Shown: positions 60,705-64,000 of the stretch, in pieces
Numbering within the stretch: the first letter of the stretch is position 1
Layout of the letters: each line of letters starts with the position of its first letter
Assembly (NCBI GenBank): GCA_965261735.1
Contig: OZ253470.1
Span: forward strand, 4,640,001-4,704,000
Source: Alphaproteobacteria bacterium
GTDB lineage: Bacteria; Pseudomonadota; Alphaproteobacteria; SHVV01
Direction: 5' to 3'
Length of the DNA stretch: 64,000 nt
Notes under the pieces: model-generated
Seen by the model: only the letters and a program-made list of their open reading frames with translations
Told to the model about the DNA's origin: nothing
The model's database searches: none
Translations under genes and position numbers: made by a program

Positions 60705-61786
60705 GCCGATACCGCGGCGGGCGCGAGCGCCTCGCGAAGCGCGGCGTCGAGGCGGCTGAGGGCGCGTCCGTCGGGGGGGAGACCGATGCGCAGCCAATCC
60801 GGCCGTTGCGCGAAGTGCCGGATCAGGATCCCACGTTGCGCGAGCCGCGCGTGTAGCGCCGGGGCCGCCGGCGTGGCGACCAGCCGGAACAGCGTCGTGC
60901 CGCCGACCACGTCAAGTCCGTGCCCTGCCAGCACCGCATCGAGCGCGACCGCCTCGCGCGCGAGCCGGCGCCGCATGGTGTGCGCCCATTCGCGATCGGC
61001 CAGGGCGATACGGCCGATTTCGAGCGCCGGGCCGGCAACGGCCCAGGGTCCGAGCCGGCTTCGTAGACGGCCGGCCAGGGTAGCGTCGGTCAGCGCGAAG
61101 CCGAGCCGCACACCCGCGAGGCCGTAGAACTTGCCGAACGAGCGCAGGACGATCAGCCCCGGGGATCCCGCCTCGGCCGCAAAGGTAAGCTCGGGCGCCG
61201 TGTCGGCAAAGGCCTCGTCGACCACGAGCCAGCCGCTCCGCGCCGCCAGATCCGACCGTAGGGCGCCAAGATCCGCCGGCGGCACGCCACGGCCATCAGG
61301 ATTGTTGGGGTTTGCCAGGACGGCCACGTCGGCTCGCGCCAAATCCGCGAGCGATGCCACCTCTTCGACCTCGTGGCCGGCTTCGCGCCAACAGCGCGCG
61401 TACTCGCCGTAGGTTGGCCCGAGGACAGCGACGCGGCCGGGCACGCGCAGGTGGGGCAGCCACTGGATCAGAGCCTGGCTCCCGGCGGCGGCGACCACCT
61501 CGGCCTCTTGTAAAACGCCGTAGCGGCGACGTGCCTCATCGAGAAGCACGGCCTCGTCGTCGCGCTGAGGTAAGCGGGTCCAGCACCGCGGAGGGAGTTC
61601 GGGTACCGGGTAGGGGTGCGGGTTGATGCCCGTGGACAGATCGAGCCAGCCACCCGCGGGCCCACCGTACAAGGCCGCCGCGCCCGCGAGATCGCCGCCG
61701 TGGGCCAAGGGTTGGGGCGGCACCGGGCTGCTGCCCCGTGGGCCGGCGTCGCGCGCCCACGGCGCGGGCGGAGGGGCGCGGCTCAT
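60701..61786 (-). CDS. cobD: Threonine-phosphate decarboxylase (CobD; CobC in P. denitrificans)
   Basis: HGG...[46 protein letters not shown] 61786 overlaps the gltD stop. Confidence 0.9.
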   Translation of the reverse strand: MSRAPPPAPWARDAGPRGSSPVPPQPLAHGGDLAGAAALYGGPAGGWLDLSTGINPHPYPVPELPPRCWTRLPQRDDEAVLLDEARRRYGVLQEAEVVAAAGSQALIQWLPHLRVPGRVAVLGPTYGEYARCWREAGHEVEEVASLADLARADVAVLANPNNPDGRGVPPADLGALRSDLAARSGWLVVDEAFADTAPELTFAAEAGSPGLIVLRSFGKFYGLAGVRLGFALTDATLAGRLRSRLGPWAVAGPALEIGRIALADREWAHTMRRRLAREAVALDAVLAGHGLDVVGGTTLFRLVATPAAPALHARLAQRGILIRHFAQRPDWLRIGLPPDGRALSRLDAALREALAPAAVSA

Positions 61787-63234
61787 CGCGGAAGGTTGGT
61801 CTCGCCCATAAGGAAGGCATCGACCGCGCGCGCGGCCTGCCGGCCCTCGCGAATGGCCCACACGACCAGCGACTGGCCGCGCCGCATGTCGCCGGCCGCG
61901 AAGACCTTGGCGATCGAGGTCTGGTAGGCGTCGGTGTCGGCTTCGACATTGCCGCGCCTGTCCAGCGCCACGCCGAGCTCGCTCAGCATGCCCTCGTGGA
62001 CGGGATGCACGAATCCCATCGCGAGCAGCACGAGGTCGGCGCGAATTTCGAAGTCGGTACCGGGCTGTTCGACCATGTTCATGCGTCCGTCATTGCCGGC
62101 CTGCCAGTCGACGTGCACGCAATGCAGTGCCTTGACCTCTCCGTTCTCCCCCTTGAAGGCCTTGGTGGTGACGCTGTAATCGCGCTCGACGCCCTCTTCC
62201 TGCGAGGACGAGGTGCGATATTTGAGCGGCCAGTGAGGCCATGTCAGGGCTTTGTTTTCCTCGTCCGGCGGGGTCGGCAGTATCTCGAGCTGAACGATTT
62301 GTTCGGCACGCTGGCGGTTCGCCGTGCCGATGCAGTCCGATCCGGTGTCACCGCCGCCGATGACGACGACGTGCTTTCCCTCGGCCAGGATGGTGTCTTC
62401 CGTGCCCGGCGCCGGCGCGTCGTCGCCGGCGACCCGCCGGTTCTGCTCGACGAGGTATCTCATGGCCTGATGGATGCCAGAGAGCTCGCGCCCGGGAATC
62501 GGCAGGTCGCGCGCATCCTCGGCGCCACCGGCAAGGACGACGGCATCGAAGTCATCGACGAGCTGCGCCGCCGGAACGTCGGTGCCGACATGCACGCCGG
62601 CGCGGAATTCCACGCCCTCGGCCGCCATCTGCTCCATGCGTCGGTCGATCGCCTGCTTCTCGAACTTGAAGTCGGGAATGCCGTAGCGCATGAGACCGCC
62701 GATCCGATCCTGCTTCTCGAACAGGGTCACCGCGTGGCCGGCGCGCCCGAGCTGTTGGGCGCAGGCCATGCCGGCCGGACCCGAGCCGACGATGGCGACG
62801 CGCTTGCCCGTCATTCGGGCAGCGGGCAGCGGCGTCACCCAGCCTTCCGCGAACCCGCGGTCGATAATGGCGCACTCGATCGTCTTGATGGTGACCGGGT
62901 CGTCGTTGATGTTGAGGGTGCAGGCGGCTTCGCACGGAGCGGGGCAGATGCGCCCTGTGAACTCCGGGAAGTTGTTGGTCGAATGCAGAACCTCGAGCGC
63001 GTCGCGCCAGCGATCGCGGTAAACGAGATCGTTCCAGTTGGGGATGATGTTGTTGACGGGGCAGCCGGTGTGGCAGAAGGGAATGCCGCAGTCCATGCAC
63101 CGCGCGCCCTGAGTGCGTAGCTCGTCCGGGGACAGCGGCGTGTAGAACTCGCGCCAATGCTTGAGGCGCTCGTCGACCGGCCGCGACGGACGATCGCTGC
63201 GTCCGAATTCCAGGAATCCGGTGACCTTGCCCAT
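61783..63234 (-). CDS. gltD: Glutamate synthase small subunit
   Basis: [64 protein letters not shown]. Confidence 0.96.
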   Translation of the reverse strand: MGKVTGFLEFGRSDRPSRPVDERLKHWREFYTPLSPDELRTQGARCMDCGIPFCHTGCPVNNIIPNWNDLVYRDRWRDALEVLHSTNNFPEFTGRICPAPCEAACTLNINDDPVTIKTIECAIIDRGFAEGWVTPLPAARMTGKRVAIVGSGPAGMACAQQLGRAGHAVTLFEKQDRIGGLMRYGIPDFKFEKQAIDRRMEQMAAEGVEFRAGVHVGTDVPAAQLVDDFDAVVLAGGAEDARDLPIPGRELSGIHQAMRYLVEQNRRVAGDDAPAPGTEDTILAEGKHVVVIGGGDTGSDCIGTANRQRAEQIVQLEILPTPPDEENKALTWPHWPLKYRTSSSQEEGVERDYSVTTKAFKGENGEVKALHCVHVDWQAGNDGRMNMVEQPGTDFEIRADLVLLAMGFVHPVHEGMLSELGVALDRRGNVEADTDAYQTSIAKVFAAGDMRRGQSLVVWAIREGRQAARAVDAFLMGETNLPR

Positions 63235-63245
63235 GGAGGTCGCGG

Positions 63246-64000
<755 letters not shown>

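Overview
High-GC window, most consistent with an alphaproteobacterium (usg-groESL with CIRCE, cysG-DUF2849-cysI-DUF934, Rhodospirillales/Rhodobacterales-style cob cluster). About 1-26 kb is an accessory catabolic region riddled with insertion sequences. It holds three CntA/YeaW-like Rieske oxygenases (one destroyed by nested IS), an extradiol-type VOC enzyme, an alpha/beta hydrolase, MmgE/PrpD, a TauD-fold enzyme, SDR/MDR, a formamidase, a GST and a cation:proton antiporter. The IS are two near-identical IS630 copies, two IS1595-family elements, an IS256 and an ISKra4/ISLre2-like element, with ends and target duplications resolved. About 26-64 kb is housekeeping: sulfite reduction, groESL, a Gld-like ABC system, a B12-riboswitch-led cobalamin cluster of about 22 kb, and gltBD. 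The main signals the ORF track misses are: (1) a GST whose catalytic Cys codon is an in-frame UGA followed by a SECIS-like hairpin (probable selenoprotein); (2) a probable Na+ riboswitch with an overlapping terminator ahead of the antiporter; (3) a TauD-fold enzyme with a halogenase-like HxA iron motif; (4) AT-richer single genes separated by degenerate palindromic repeats, like a cassette array; (5) a hybrid aerobic/anaerobic B12 pathway with a CTG-start cobM. All family calls come from motif recognition by eye; no database search was run.
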